From: Alphaproteobacteria bacterium | GTDB lineage: Bacteria > Pseudomonadota > Alphaproteobacteria > Rs-D84 | NCBI GenBank assembly: GCA_017472065.1 | Contig: JAFURB010000004.1 | Location: 17,034-81,033 of the forward strand | Direction: 5' to 3' | Length of the DNA: 64,000 nucleotides | Part shown: positions 42,434 to 52,874 of the stretch, in pieces | Layout: every line of letters begins with the position of its first letter | Position numbering within the stretch: the stretch's first letter is position 1 | Program-made: the position numbers and the translations under genes | The notes under the pieces: model-generated | Databases searched by the model: none | What the model saw: only the letters and a program-made list of their open reading frames with translations | What the model was told of the DNA's origin: nothing

Positions 42434-43444
42434 ATGTCAAAGATTAAACAAATTTTTGAATACACAATTGACCGGATTTTCCCGGTGGGCGTGGTTGTGC
42501 GCGATTTGCCGTATGTCATGATTTTCAAAACCACACATTGGTGTTGGTATAATTGCCCACATTGCTGTGAATCAGCGGGAAAAAATCAGCCGGCCGAATT
42601 TATCCCAGCCGATGTTATAAAATTCTATACAGATTCCGCCAGGGCCGATCCAAAATTTACAAAAGAAATTGTTTTAACCGGTGGCGAAATAATGGCATCA
42701 TATAAATTCGATATAGAAAACTATGTCCCCGATTTAATGAATTATATTGCCGGTCACGGTATCAGGTTGGACATAAAAACAAATGGCGCATGGATTCGCA
42801 ACAAAGAATTACGCACCAAAATTGTCCCAGATTTAATAAATATAAACGAACTTAATTCAAAATATCGCCGTTTACCATACCAGATTTCTTTGTCACTGGA
42901 TAAATACCATCCAAACGCACTGGAAAACACATATAAAATTATATGTGAATTGATGCGGCGCAACAAAAACAAGCCTATGATTTTGCTGCATATATCTGGA
43001 TTTATGGGACAAGATGCGATGTATAATGAATTGCTGGCAAAATTATTGAAAAATCCAAAAATTAAAATTGAAAACGCATATGTTGCATCAACATCTGGTA
43101 ACGCAATTCCATTACATGTTATAAATCGTTGTGTGGCACTGCGCCCATCGTTTGATGCGTTGCTGTTTGCAGGTGGACGCGCCAAAAATTTACCAGAAGC
43201 ATTTCCAACCAAAAACCCAACATTTGAAATTATAAATGACGATGCAAATCTATTAATGGCGTTTGATTCTATGGGCAATGTAACACTGGGGGAAAATTCC
43301 GGACGAAAAATAACGGTCCCCTGGCGCGACAAAGATGGAAATCCCCGGAATTTGCCGGCAATTAAACATGATTTAGTAAAACGCGCACGATATGAACAAT
43401 TGCGACAAAAAATAATTGATTTGAAACGAATTTTCGTTAAATAA
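42434..43444 (+). CDS. Radical SAM protein of unknown function
   Basis: CWYNCPHC (CxxxCxxC), LTGGE, KTNG and SLDKYH. Confidence 0.85.
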   Translation: MSKIKQIFEYTIDRIFPVGVVVRDLPYVMIFKTTHWCWYNCPHCCESAGKNQPAEFIPADVIKFYTDSARADPKFTKEIVLTGGEIMASYKFDIENYVPDLMNYIAGHGIRLDIKTNGAWIRNKELRTKIVPDLININELNSKYRRLPYQISLSLDKYHPNALENTYKIICELMRRNKNKPMILLHISGFMGQDAMYNELLAKLLKNPKIKIENAYVASTSGNAIPLHVINRCVALRPSFDALLFAGGRAKNLPEAFPTKNPTFEIINDDANLLMAFDSMGNVTLGENSGRKITVPWRDKDGNPRNLPAIKHDLVKRARYEQLRQKIIDLKRIFVK

Positions 43445-43451
43445 AAAATCT

Positions 43452-43482
43452 AAAAAAACACCGGCAAATGCCGGTGTTTTTT
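43452..43482. terminator. Bidirectional terminator (ACACCGGCA family)
   Basis: AAAAAAACACCGGCAAATGCCGGTGTTTTTT. Confidence 0.85.
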
Positions 43483-44359
43483 ATGACAATTTTTCTATTA
43501 ATTCTTCCAGTTGGGTTCGTGTCGCAAATGATATGATAATTTGACCTGCCCCACCCCGTCTTTCAACGATTTTTACCGGCGCATCGATATTTTTTGCGAT
43601 TTTTGATTCCATTTCACGAACGATTTTCGTATCAATAGTTCTTGAAACTTTTTCCCGGCGTTTACCAGCTTTTTTGCCAGAATTTACCATTGCCTGGGTT
43701 TCAGCAACAGACATGTTATTACCAATAATTTGATGCGCCAATTCGGTTGGATTTTCTGCAACCGCAATTGTACGGGCATGAGATGCGGATATTTGCCCCT
43801 GCTCTACTAATTCTTGGACAGATTCTGGCAATGTTGTTAAACGCAAAATATTGCGAATATAACTGGCCGATTTGCCAATCAAGCGCGCAACATCATCCAA
43901 ACTGTATGCACACTGGGTCATAATATTTTGATATGCGTTTGCTTCTTCTATGGGGTTCAGGTTTTCACGCTGAACATTTTCAATCAGCGCAATTTCCATC
44001 GCATTTTCATTGCTAAGTGTTTTTACCAATGCCGGTATTTCGTTTAATCCGGCCAGTTTACTGGCACGATAACGACGTTCGCCTGCGACAATTTCATACA
44101 TGTATGGACGCCCCGTCACAGTCCGCAACAAGATTGGTTGTAAAACACCCTTTTCGCGAATAGATGCCGCCAAATCTTTTAATTCTTCTTCGCTGAAAGT
44201 TTTGCGTGGCTGGTCAGGATTGGCACCAATTTGAACCAATGGTATATTTTTGACAACAACGCGTTCCCCACCGGCTAAAACAGAAATATCCGGAATTGTA
44301 CCCTTGGCCATTTGCAGGTCGGCCAAACCACGCCCTAGTCCAAATTTATTCGATGACAT
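43481..44359 (-). CDS. parB: Chromosome partitioning protein ParB
   Basis: GLGRGL, NPDQPRK, GERRYRA and ENVQRENLNPIEEA. Confidence 0.96.
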   Translation of the reverse strand: MSSNKFGLGRGLADLQMAKGTIPDISVLAGGERVVVKNIPLVQIGANPDQPRKTFSEEELKDLAASIREKGVLQPILLRTVTGRPYMYEIVAGERRYRASKLAGLNEIPALVKTLSNENAMEIALIENVQRENLNPIEEANAYQNIMTQCAYSLDDVARLIGKSASYIRNILRLTTLPESVQELVEQGQISASHARTIAVAENPTELAHQIIGNNMSVAETQAMVNSGKKAGKRREKVSRTIDTKIVREMESKIAKNIDAPVKIVERRGGAGQIIISFATRTQLEELIEKLS

Positions 44360-45140
44360 TTTCTAATCCTTCGGTTTTTTCAACTACTTCGGTTGCGACA
44401 CGCAAATACGCCTGGGCGCCCGGTGATTTGAAATCATAAAACAGTGCGGGTTTGCCGTGACTTGGTGCCTCAGACACGCGGACATTGCGCGGAACAACCG
44501 TCTTGAACACAGTTGTGCCAAACGCGTTACGCACATCGTCTTCGACGGCGCGTGTTAGACCATATTGTTTTGCATACATCGTTAGCAACACACCCAAAAT
44601 TTCCAGATTTGGATTCCATTTTTCACGAACCGCAGAAATAGTGTCTGTTAATTGTGTTAATCCTTCAAGTGCATAGAATTCACACTGTAATGGTATAATC
44701 ACAGAATCGGCCGCCGTCAGCGCATTAACCGTCAAATACCCCAACGCCGGCGGACAATCCAGTAAAATATAGTCATAATGTTCGGCAACCGTACGCAACG
44801 CATCACGCAGACGAAATTCTGGATTATCCATACCCAACAAATCTATTTCTAGTCCCGCCAATGCCTGGGATGATGGCAACAGATGCAATCCCGGTACCGC
44901 CGTTGATAAAATATTATCTGTGATATTTGCCGTCCCCATAATAACACCATACGCACTTTGACGATGGTCGGCACGAACAAACCCCAAACCCGTCCCAGCA
45001 TTACCCTGGGGATCTAAATCAATTAACAAAACCCGGCGTTTAATTGCGGCCAACGACGCACCAATATTAATTGCAGTTGTCGTTTTACCAACACCACCTT
45101 TTTGATTTGCAAACGCAATAATTTTTACCATCCTTTCCAA
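44346..45140 (-). CDS. parA: Chromosome partitioning ATPase ParA
   Basis: NQKGGVGKTT, DLDPQGN, DCPP and EAPSHG. Confidence 0.96.
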   Translation of the reverse strand: MERMVKIIAFANQKGGVGKTTTAINIGASLAAIKRRVLLIDLDPQGNAGTGLGFVRADHRQSAYGVIMGTANITDNILSTAVPGLHLLPSSQALAGLEIDLLGMDNPEFRLRDALRTVAEHYDYILLDCPPALGYLTVNALTAADSVIIPLQCEFYALEGLTQLTDTISAVREKWNPNLEILGVLLTMYAKQYGLTRAVEDDVRNAFGTTVFKTVVPRNVRVSEAPSHGKPALFYDFKSPGAQAYLRVATEVVEKTEGLENVIE

Positions 45141-45249
45141 TCCTGATAAATTAGTTTAAGTTCTTTCTAAGGTTATAAAAACACATCGATTCGGTCAAGA
45201 CATTAAAAAACGCACCATAAAAACACACTATAAACAACATATTATTTTT

Positions 45250-45265
45250 TATTTCATGTGAAACA
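45250..45265. promoter_or_regulatory. parS-like site 1
   Basis: TATTTCATGTGAAACA versus consensus TGTTTCACGTGAAACA, upstream of parA. Confidence 0.7.
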
Positions 45266-45358
45266 CACGCTTTTTTTCAACAACACAAACAAAATACAAA
45301 AATGCCGGCATTTGCCGGCCAAAACATCACTTTTATGTAATTACAATAAATTACACGG

Positions 45359-45374
45359 TATTTCATGTGAAATT
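45359..45374. promoter_or_regulatory. parS-like site 2
   Basis: TATTTCATGTGAAATT; first 14 bp identical to site 1. Confidence 0.6.
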
Positions 45375-45933
45375 ACCGGTCAAAACGCACAAAAATAATA
45401 AAACCATCACCTGTTTTCGACGGTGTTAATTCATAATTAAATTTATATTTGCGTTTTGCATCCATAATTTCTTTTTCTATTTCCCGGCCTTTTAGCAAAA
45501 AAAGCCGGCATTTTGTGCGCGCAACATAATCCATTATCTTGGTCAATGATGCAAATGCACGCGCAGTAAACACCAAATCATCGTTTTTGGCCGGTAATTG
45601 CCGGACAAAATCTTCAAGTCTGCCGTGATAGATTTCCAGGTTTTTTAAGCCCAATTCTTCTTTGACCGCACGCAAAAAAGAAACCTTTTTGCCAATCGAT
45701 TCGATACATGTGACATGCCACCCCAAAATCGCCAGTACAACCGCCGGAAATCCAGCACCACTGCCCATATCTGCGATACGAACATCGCGTGGCAAAACAT
45801 CCGCCAATTGCGCTGAATCCGCAATATGGCGCGTTTGTATATCGTTTAGCGTACTGGGGGCGACCAGATTCATCCGCGCCGACCAGTCACGCAACAGTTT
45901 TTCATATTGTTCAAATTTGACTTTATTACTCAT
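45373..45933 (-). CDS. rsmG: 16S rRNA m7G527 methyltransferase RsmG (GidB)
   Basis: RHIADS, DMGSGAGFP, ARAF and LKG; upstream of parAB. Confidence 0.93.
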   Translation of the reverse strand: MSNKVKFEQYEKLLRDWSARMNLVAPSTLNDIQTRHIADSAQLADVLPRDVRIADMGSGAGFPAVVLAILGWHVTCIESIGKKVSFLRAVKEELGLKNLEIYHGRLEDFVRQLPAKNDDLVFTARAFASLTKIMDYVARTKCRLFLLKGREIEKEIMDAKRKYKFNYELTPSKTGDGFIIFVRFDR

Positions 45934-45954
45934 AAGCGGTATTCTAGCATAATC

Positions 45955-47571
45955 ATGAGAAAAATAGAAAGTTTATTTATTGGGGTTGGGCTGTGTGCCG
46001 TCGTGGCGGTTATTGGCGGTGCATTATTTGTACACACAACCAAGCCCACAGAAACAAAAACAACCGCTTTTCCAACAACGCAATATGGTGCGTTCTTGGC
46101 CGCGCAACACGCAATATATGTCAACGATTTTGAAAATGCGGCGCTGTTTTCAAATCAATTAACCAAGACAGAATACACAACCGTTCAAAACACTAAATTC
46201 TTGTCAGAGTTCTTAAGCGGGAAAATGCCCCAAGATGCAAAATTACTAAAAGACGAAAAGGGGCCGGCTGCACGCATTATTTATGATGCACACCTGGTTT
46301 CCCAGGACGAGTGGAAGGCATTTCACAATCGTCACAAAACCGATAAATCTGCATTATCTGCACCATTTCGTATTTGGTCGGCGATTGCAAATGATTGGCG
46401 TACAAACACGTTCAAATTTATAGAAAAATTACCAACAAACGATTCTTGGAAATCATTTATTCGTGGCCAGATTTACGCTGAAATGGGCGACATTGACAAG
46501 GCAAATATTGAATTCGCCAAGGTTCATCCAGATTTCATGAATATAAACGATTATTTGTATTTAATGTCGTTCTATAATCATTTCGAATTATTCGAAGATG
46601 CGCGCATATTACACGATGATTTTGTTGCACGGCCCGGCGGTATGTTCTTGGCAGATTTTGATGAATATCCAAAATGGGAAATGTTTTCAGGATACAAAAA
46701 TCAATTGGCATTTAGTTTGATTCAATCTGTGTCACATACACAAATCATGATGTATTCAGATTTGGCGATGCTGTTTTTAAGATTTGCAGAAGTTACCGCA
46801 CCAGATTTTAGCAAGAACAATGATGCAATTAATTACTATCTGGGGCAGTATTTTTATACAAACACCGGCGATTATGTGGCGCATTTTGATAAAATATCCC
46901 AATCTTCGCCGTTCAAATTGTTCGCAGAACTACGCATCGCAGAACGCAGTGGCGATATATCAAGATTAACAAAAATACTGGATGATAATCCGCTGTTTGT
47001 GCCGGCAATAAATACCGTCGTTGCCAAATCTGTTAAAAACGGCGACAAAAGGGCGGCACTGCGTGTTATCAATCGCGCATTAAAGTCTGATAATATTGGC
47101 GACCTGGGCCGTGCGTTTTTTATGAAGATGCGCGCCCAGGTAAACTATGTATTCGGCGATTTGGATGATGCACAGTCTGATTTGCATGCGGCATCCGATA
47201 TACTGGGGGCAGATGGTGATATTTTATCATTACAGGCAAAAATTTGGGCCGCCCAGAATCGCGAAATTGAAAACGCGTATGAATATGCAATGACAATGGT
47301 TCGGCAAAATCCATCCGATGTTTTTGCATGGGATACACTGGGACGCGTTGTTGCCACCCGCGAAGGGGCTGATGCAGCACTGGAATTATTAACTAGGGTA
47401 GGGGAAGTATCAAATACATGTTCATCACTGTTTGAAATTATGGGTGATTTATATAAACAATTGGACGACTGTGACAATGCGCGCAAGGCATACAAACGCG
47501 CAATTGAATTATCAGATGACGGTTTGGTTGTCGTTCCAAAAATAGAAAGAAAAATAAGGAAATTACAATGA
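45955..47571 (+). CDS. TPR-repeat exported protein
   Basis: N-terminal anchor, YGAFLAA, WDTLG, and GDLY..ARKAYKRAIEL. Confidence 0.8.
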   Translation: MRKIESLFIGVGLCAVVAVIGGALFVHTTKPTETKTTAFPTTQYGAFLAAQHAIYVNDFENAALFSNQLTKTEYTTVQNTKFLSEFLSGKMPQDAKLLKDEKGPAARIIYDAHLVSQDEWKAFHNRHKTDKSALSAPFRIWSAIANDWRTNTFKFIEKLPTNDSWKSFIRGQIYAEMGDIDKANIEFAKVHPDFMNINDYLYLMSFYNHFELFEDARILHDDFVARPGGMFLADFDEYPKWEMFSGYKNQLAFSLIQSVSHTQIMMYSDLAMLFLRFAEVTAPDFSKNNDAINYYLGQYFYTNTGDYVAHFDKISQSSPFKLFAELRIAERSGDISRLTKILDDNPLFVPAINTVVAKSVKNGDKRAALRVINRALKSDNIGDLGRAFFMKMRAQVNYVFGDLDDAQSDLHAASDILGADGDILSLQAKIWAAQNREIENAYEYAMTMVRQNPSDVFAWDTLGRVVATREGADAALELLTRVGEVSNTCSSLFEIMGDLYKQLDDCDNARKAYKRAIELSDDGLVVVPKIERKIRKLQ

Positions 47572-48431
47572 AAATATCTGTGATTGGGGCAGGCGCGTGG
47601 GGAACTGCGTTGGCTATTGCAGCGGCCCGTGGTGGGTCAGATGTTGTTTTGTGGTCATATGATGGGGAATACAAACATTTTGACGGTGTTGAAATGCCTG
47701 CAAATATAAGTATTACACCAGACATGTCTAAGATAAATGAAAGTGATGCATGGCTGATTGTGACACCGGCGGCTTTTTTCCGCGAAACACTGCGTAAGGC
47801 ACGCGCGTTTTATAATAATCAACCAATTATCATCTGTACCAAGGGCGCGGAAAGTTCAACCGGCGCGTTTACATCTGAAATGTTGCGTGATGAATTGCCA
47901 GAATGCAAAGACAGTGGTGTTTTGTCAGGTCCACAATTCGCAGCCGAGGTTGCATGTGGCATCCCAACAGGATCAACACTGGCCGGGACAGAAACCGCCA
48001 TTAAAGTCGGCAAACAAATACTTAACCAACTGTATATCGAAGAAAGTGACGATGTTATCGGCACCGAAATGTGTGGCATGGGGAAAAATGCAGTCGCACT
48101 GATTTGTGGATACAATTCGATTGCATGTCGTGGCGAAAATGATCGGGCAATGCTGTTCACACGCGCATGGAACGAAGTGGTTGACCTGGGGATTGCATCA
48201 GGTGCAAAGACACGCACATTTTTGCGGTTGTGCGGAATAGGGGACTTGTTCTTGTCGGCGACATCGGCAACCAGTCGCAATTACGCAGGCGGTATGGCAA
48301 TTGCGCGTGGCATGCCACCCGCCGGCACAGTTGAAGGCCTGTTCGCCCTGGGCGGTTTAATTGCACGTGCAAATGCATTAAATGTTCCAACCCCCGTTTT
48401 ATGTGAAATGCGCGATAAAATGGGACTATAA
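47568..48431 (+). CDS. gpsA: NAD(P)H-dependent glycerol-3-phosphate dehydrogenase
   Basis: IGAGAWGTALA, CTKG, LSGP, GIGDL, SRN and VEG motifs. Confidence 0.93.
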   Translation: MKISVIGAGAWGTALAIAAARGGSDVVLWSYDGEYKHFDGVEMPANISITPDMSKINESDAWLIVTPAAFFRETLRKARAFYNNQPIIICTKGAESSTGAFTSEMLRDELPECKDSGVLSGPQFAAEVACGIPTGSTLAGTETAIKVGKQILNQLYIEESDDVIGTEMCGMGKNAVALICGYNSIACRGENDRAMLFTRAWNEVVDLGIASGAKTRTFLRLCGIGDLFLSATSATSRNYAGGMAIARGMPPAGTVEGLFALGGLIARANALNVPTPVLCEMRDKMGL

Positions 48432-48440
48432 AAAACAAAT

Positions 48441-48470
48441 AAAAACACCGGCAAATGCCGGTGTTTTTTT
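48441..48470. terminator. Bidirectional terminator (ACACCGGCA family)
   Basis: AAAAACACCGGCAAATGCCGGTGTTTTTTT. Confidence 0.85.
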
Positions 48471-48483
48471 ATGTCTAAAATTA

Positions 48484-49542
<1,059 letters not shown>

Positions 49543-49657
49543 CTAAAATAAGTATTCATAAATATGCTTTCACAACTATAAAACGGGGATTGGCAAAAAT
49601 CAAGATGGCCACATAAAAAAAGTTTGACTATTTATTTTATGTGATATTATAAGGCGT

Positions 49658-50008
49658 ATGCGAAAGACAATTAAAAATCATAGCGATTTTGCCGTTACAC
49701 CCGATGATTTATCGGGTATGTCGTCGTACTTTATCGTACGGGCAAAATATGCAAAATTTCCAAATGACGCGCGTTATGGATTAATTGTAACAAAACGAAC
49801 ATTCAAACATGCCGTGGACCGCAATCGGGCAAAGCGATTATTGCGCGACTGGATTCGTTTCCACAATGATATGATGTTGCCTAATATGGACTATATCTTT
49901 GTAGCACGTGCGCCAATTTTACGGGCAACGCGTGACGATGGACGCACCGCCATGCGTAAGGCGTTGCACTGGATAAAAAAAACATATAAAAATGAATCCG
50001 AAAAATAA
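49658..50008 (+). CDS. rnpA: Ribonuclease P protein component
   Basis: RYGLIVTKR...AVDRNRAKRLLR. Confidence 0.92.
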   Translation: MRKTIKNHSDFAVTPDDLSGMSSYFIVRAKYAKFPNDARYGLIVTKRTFKHAVDRNRAKRLLRDWIRFHNDMMLPNMDYIFVARAPILRATRDDGRTAMRKALHWIKKTYKNESEK

Positions 50009-50234
50009 TCCATGTATTACAAAGCGGCTGGCGATGGCCATGGTACGCATGTATCAGGTATGCATTTCCCCATTTACAGGCGGCCGTGCGGCGTGTCGAT
50101 TTACCCCAACATGCAGTGAATATACGCGCCAGGCAATTGAAAAATACGGCACAATCCGTGGTACATACATGGGGTTTAAGCGAATTCTACGATGTCGGCC
50201 CGGCGGTGGTTTCGGATATGACCCGGTGCCGTGA
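49992..50234 (+). CDS. yidD: Membrane protein insertion efficiency factor
   Basis: YQVCISP, CRFTPTCSEY, RILRC and GYDPVP. Confidence 0.93.
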   Translation: MNPKNNPCITKRLAMAMVRMYQVCISPFTGGRAACRFTPTCSEYTRQAIEKYGTIRGTYMGFKRILRCRPGGGFGYDPVP

Positions 50235-50306
50235 TTGCTTGACAAGTGGATACATTGTGATAAAATTTAAGGATGCGATAAGAAAATATATAAAAGGATT
50301 TATAAA

Positions 50307-50744
50307 ATGTCATTTCGTGCAACCGTGGAATCTATGTCGAAAATCATGGATGACATGGGGATTACTGAATTAAACCTGGAACGTCAGTTTTTATTTGGAC
50401 TGTATCGTAAACATATTCATTTATCAAAACAACAAGCCACAGCGGTTGCTGTATCTGCGCCAACATTATCAGATAAAAAAATCGGTGGTGCATCAGAAAC
50501 TAAAATCAATGGATACGCATTAAAATCGCCAATGGTGGGTGTTGTATATCTGGCACCAGAACCAGGCGCAAAACCATTTGTAACCGTTGGCACATCGGTC
50601 AAAGCAGGGGACACAGTTGCACTGGTCGAAGCGATGAAAACATTTAACCCAATCAAATCTGACAAAGATGGTGTTGTAAAAGAAATCTTGGTCACAGATG
50701 CGGCGGCGGTTGAATTTGACCAACCTTTAATTGTTATTGAATAA
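50307..50744 (+). CDS. accB: Acetyl-CoA carboxylase biotin carboxyl carrier protein
   Basis: KSPMVG, EAMK and VEFDQPL. Confidence 0.94.
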   Translation: MSFRATVESMSKIMDDMGITELNLERQFLFGLYRKHIHLSKQQATAVAVSAPTLSDKKIGGASETKINGYALKSPMVGVVYLAPEPGAKPFVTVGTSVKAGDTVALVEAMKTFNPIKSDKDGVVKEILVTDAAAVEFDQPLIVIE

Positions 50745-50745
50745 T

Positions 50746-52095
50746 ATGTCACAAATTAAAAAAGTTTTAATTGCCAATCGTGGTGAAATTGCCCTGCGTA
50801 TTATTCGCGCGTGTCGCGATATGGGTATTCGTACGGTTGCGGTTTATTCAACCGCAGACAGGGACGCAATGCATGTACAATTGGCCGATGAATCTGTGTG
50901 TATTGGACCAGCGGCGGTTCGTGATTCATATCTGAACGAATCTGCGATTTTGACGGCGGCGTTATTGACCAACGCAGATGCAATTCATCCAGGATATGGA
51001 TTTTTATCTGAACGCGCAGACTTTGCACGCAAGGTTGAACAGCATAAAATGATTTGGATTGGCCCGTCACCTGATATGATTGAAAAAATGGGGGACAAGG
51101 TTAATGCAAAGCGTACTGCAATTGAATGTGGTTTGCCGGTGGTGCCGGGTTCTGATGGCGCGATTACAAGTCTGGAACACGCAATTGAATGTGCACAGAA
51201 AATTGGATATCCCGTTATGTTAAAGGCCGCCGCAGGTGGCGGTGGACGCGGTATGCGCGCAATCATGTCACAAGACGACATGGCAGAAGCATATCAATTA
51301 ACCAAGAACGAGGCACAATCTGCATTTGGCGATGATACACTGTATATGGAAAAACTGTTAACGCATCCGCGCCATATTGAATTTCAGGTCTTGGGCGATA
51401 CACATGGCAATGTTGTGATATTTGGTGAACGCGACTGTTCATTACAGCGCCGCAATCAGAAAGTTATGGAAGAGTGTCCTGCGGCAATATTAACCCAGAA
51501 ACAGCGCGACGATATGATAGAGGTGTGTAAGTCCGCCGCCAAGAAAATGGGATATACAAATGCCGGTACATTTGAATTTATGTTCGAAGATGGTAAATTC
51601 TATTTTCTTGAAATGAATACCAGATTACAGGTTGAACATCCAGTTACAGAAATGGTGTATGGGGTTGACCTGGTGCGTGAACAAATCCGTATTGCAGCCG
51701 GCGAAAAATTAGGATACAACCAATCAAATGTTATTCCAAACGGACACGCAATCGAATTTCGTATCAATGCCGAAGATCCAGATACATTTATCCCAAATCC
51801 GGGTAAAATTACATTGTATGCACCGGCGGGTGGCATGGGTGTTCGCGTGGACAGTGCGGTCTATACCGGATACACAATCCCGGCGACATATGATTCTATG
51901 ATTGCCAAACTAATTGTGCATGCGCCAAATCGTCCAGCATGTATTATGCGTGCGGCACGCGCATTGGATGAATTTGTTATCGAAGGGGTTAAAACAACAA
52001 TCCCGTTGCAACAAAAGTTATTGGCCAACAAAGATGTTAAACAGTTAAACTTTGATAACAAATGGCTGGAAGCATTTTTGAAAAAAGACGAATAA
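50746..52095 (+). CDS. accC: Biotin carboxylase
   Basis: [25 protein letters not shown] and [14 protein letters not shown]. Confidence 0.96.
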   Translation: MSQIKKVLIANRGEIALRIIRACRDMGIRTVAVYSTADRDAMHVQLADESVCIGPAAVRDSYLNESAILTAALLTNADAIHPGYGFLSERADFARKVEQHKMIWIGPSPDMIEKMGDKVNAKRTAIECGLPVVPGSDGAITSLEHAIECAQKIGYPVMLKAAAGGGGRGMRAIMSQDDMAEAYQLTKNEAQSAFGDDTLYMEKLLTHPRHIEFQVLGDTHGNVVIFGERDCSLQRRNQKVMEECPAAILTQKQRDDMIEVCKSAAKKMGYTNAGTFEFMFEDGKFYFLEMNTRLQVEHPVTEMVYGVDLVREQIRIAAGEKLGYNQSNVIPNGHAIEFRINAEDPDTFIPNPGKITLYAPAGGMGVRVDSAVYTGYTIPATYDSMIAKLIVHAPNRPACIMRAARALDEFVIEGVKTTIPLQQKLLANKDVKQLNFDNKWLEAFLKKDE

Positions 52096-52123
52096 TAAAA
52101 TGCCGGTATTTACCGGTGTTTTT

Positions 52124-52318
52124 TTAATTTTTTGGCATTGAATCAAATGGGTATTCCATCGCAATAACCAGCGATATTTTTTGGTATATATTTAGTGGCC
52201 CACCATGCGCGATTATATGTTTATATTTGGATTCAGTTACACACAAAATATTACACATATCAATAATCGTATATCCGCGCAGTTTTCGCATATATTCTAT
52301 TTCCTGGCCAAATGTCAT
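52124..52318 (-). CDS. Small XRE-like HTH protein
   Basis: FGQEIEYMRKLRGYTIIDMCNIL; RBS AAGGGG. Confidence 0.72.
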   Translation of the reverse strand: MTFGQEIEYMRKLRGYTIIDMCNILCVTESKYKHIIAHGGPLNIYQKISLVIAMEYPFDSMPKN

Positions 52319-52342
52319 GATTATTCCCCTTTTTTGTGCAAG

Positions 52343-52553
52343 TAAAAACCACCACTTTTACAGGGGTGGTCGGGTGTGCTCAAAATCATACAACAAATGA
52401 TCTCGCTGCTTTTGGTAAAACCTATTTTATAACAGCGAACACCCGACCAGGGTCAGGTAAACGATGCGAAAAACATTCGCAACATATTACGACGCAATTC
52501 GCATCGTGTTGTATGGGTCTTGAGCGACCCGAACCCACATCCCTGTGGATTCT
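52343..52553 (-). ncRNA. c4-like antisense RNA/attenuator leader, copy 2
   Basis: -10 TATACT (52559-52564); hairpin GGGTC-GCTCAA-GACCC then ATACAAC, complementary to downstream GTTGTATG-ATT-TTGAGC; TGGTCGGGTGT/ACACCCGACCA helix; terminator ACCACC..GGTGGT-TTTT. Confidence 0.72.
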
Positions 52554-52670
52554 ATGTTAGTATAAACTAATAAAACACCAAAATCCAACACAAAATCAAT
52601 ATCACTGCGTGGCAATAAATATTTATTATTTGCAATTGGCAAAATGTCTGTTATAATCAGTGGGCTTTGC

Positions 52671-52746
52671 GGGTGGTTAGCTCAGTTGGTGAGCCGCGTT
52701 ACCTTGACATCGTAAAGGTCGTCGGTTTCACGGACATAACACCCCC
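52671..52746 (+). pseudogene. Degenerate tandem copy of tRNA-Val(GAC)
   Basis: First 20 nt identical to the tRNA at 52760; anticodon loop TTGACAT kept; D, anticodon and T stems damaged; no CCA. Confidence 0.8.
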
Positions 52747-52759
52747 GAAGAACAGTTTT

Positions 52760-52836
52760 GGGTGGTTAGCTCAGTTGGTTAGAGCGTTACGTTGACATCG
52801 TAAAGGTCGTTGGTTCGAGTCCAATACCACCCACCA
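52760..52836 (+). tRNA. tRNA-Val(GAC)
   Basis: GGGTGGT...ACCACCC-ACCA; anticodon loop TTGACAT; TTCGA in the T loop. Confidence 0.95.
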
Positions 52837-52844
52837 GATTTTAT

Positions 52845-52874
52845 AAAAAAACACCGGCATTTGCCGGCGTTTTT
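52845..52874. terminator. Bidirectional terminator (ACACCGGCA family)
   Basis: AAAAAAACACCGGCATTTGCCGGCGTTTTT. Confidence 0.75.

Noticed and set aside
52544-52555. 12-bp match TGTGGATTCTAT between the module 2 leader and the heptamer element sub-terminus
   Set aside because: Too short to separate from chance, and the orientation relative to the modules is inconsistent
52336-52560. 74-aa plus-strand ORF
   Set aside because: Lies antisense to the structured leader, has no RBS, and is better explained by the RNA element
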